Below are positions 63,365-64,000 of a stretch of DNA of 64,000 bases, piece by piece (within the stretch, counting starts at the first letter, position 1; every line of letters begins with the position of its first letter). This DNA comes from Candidatus Amphirhobacter sp. (GTDB lineage Bacteria > Pseudomonadota > Gammaproteobacteria > Tethybacterales > Tethybacteraceae): contig OZ244940.1 of the NCBI GenBank assembly GCA_965222035.1, forward strand, positions 899,015 to 963,014, in the 5' to 3' direction. Made by a program: the position numbers and the translations under genes. The notes under the pieces are model-generated. The model saw nothing but the letters and a program-made list of their open reading frames with translations. It did no database searches and was not told the DNA's origin.

Positions 63365-64000
63365 TTAGGCGGCAGGAGCGGCCGCGAGGCGCCGCAGGCC
63401 CTCGAGCAGCTCGGCGCGGCTGACATTGCCGACATACTGCAGCAGCTTGCGGCCGTCAGCGCCGCGGATGACGATGGCGGGCGGGCCGAACAGGCGGTTG
63501 AGCGCGAGCAGGCGGCGGGTGTCGGCGGTGCTCTTGGTTACGTCGATCTTGACCAGGCGATAGCCAGCGAGCGCATCCTTGATGTCGGGGTCGCCGAAGA
63601 CGTAGGCATCGATCTCGACGCAGGTCACGCACCAGTCGGCGGTGTAGTACTCCAACGTCGGGCGCCCGGCGGCAACCTGGATGCCGGCGTTGTAGGAGCG
63701 CATGGTCGCGACGGTTTCGAAAGCGAGCGATTCGTCCGCGCGCAGGTGCGCGAGCGGCGCGAGCTCATTGGTCCCGCCGGTCGATCCTCCGACGGCCATG
63801 ACGCCGGCGAGGCTGGCTGATGCCAGCATGCACAACGCCGCGGCCGCGCGGGCGGGCGTGGTCTGGACACCGCCGCGCAGCAGGCTCAGCAGCCACCAGC
63901 ATGCAACCAGCGCCAGGGCGGCGTAGGCCAGCATCTTGATCCATGCGGGCAGCAAGCCGCCGAGCACCCACACGCCGAGTCCGAGCAGCAGCAGGCCGAA
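63365..64000 (-). CDS. dsbD: Thiol:disulfide interchange protein DsbD, C-terminal part (5' end outside window)
   Basis: TM helices followed by a thioredoxin domain ADWCVTC, GPP. Confidence 0.8.
   Translation of the reverse strand, partial: FGLLLLGLGVWVLGGLLPAWIKMLAYAALALVACWWLLSLLRGGVQTTPARAAAALCMLASASLAGVMAVGGSTGGTNELAPLAHLRADESLAFETVATMRSYNAGIQVAAGRPTLEYYTADWCVTCVEIDAYVFGDPDIKDALAGYRLVKIDVTKSTADTRRLLALNRLFGPPAIVIRGADGRKLLQYVGNVSRAELLEGLRRLAAAPAA

Overview
A GC-rich bacterial chromosomal window; the gene order (ubiB-hemC-hemD-hemX...hemY, gltB-gltD, class II fba) suggests a beta/gamma-proteobacterium, but this is inference only. The backbone holds carbohydrate and amino-sugar catabolic operons (1-19.6 kb, 22.5-24 kb, 60-63.4 kb), housekeeping genes (oadA/pycB, anmK, ispD, ubiB, hemCDXY, aas-like, fba, glpK, trpB2, gltBD, partial dsbD) and two tRNAs (Ser-GGA, Thr-CGT). 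Small accessory modules are wedged between these genes, with no integrase or transposase visible. (1) A 2.2-kb restriction-modification island (one MTase, two ~56%-identical PD-(D/E)XK nucleases) flanked by a 76-bp target duplication. (2) An AlbA_2/Schlafen-type gene inside a sugar operon. (3) A tandemly duplicated Panacea(SocA)/membrane-protein/micro-protein module. (4) Two membrane genes, one carrying internal repeats, inside the hem operon. (5) Two small 'PSTTGNPSG' peptides, one basic and one acidic, with identical leader and terminator flanks. (6) An orphan Hpy99I-family endonuclease preceded by three paralogs of a family I do not recognise. Tandem duplication followed by divergence is the recurring theme. 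All family calls come from motif recognition by eye; no searches were run.
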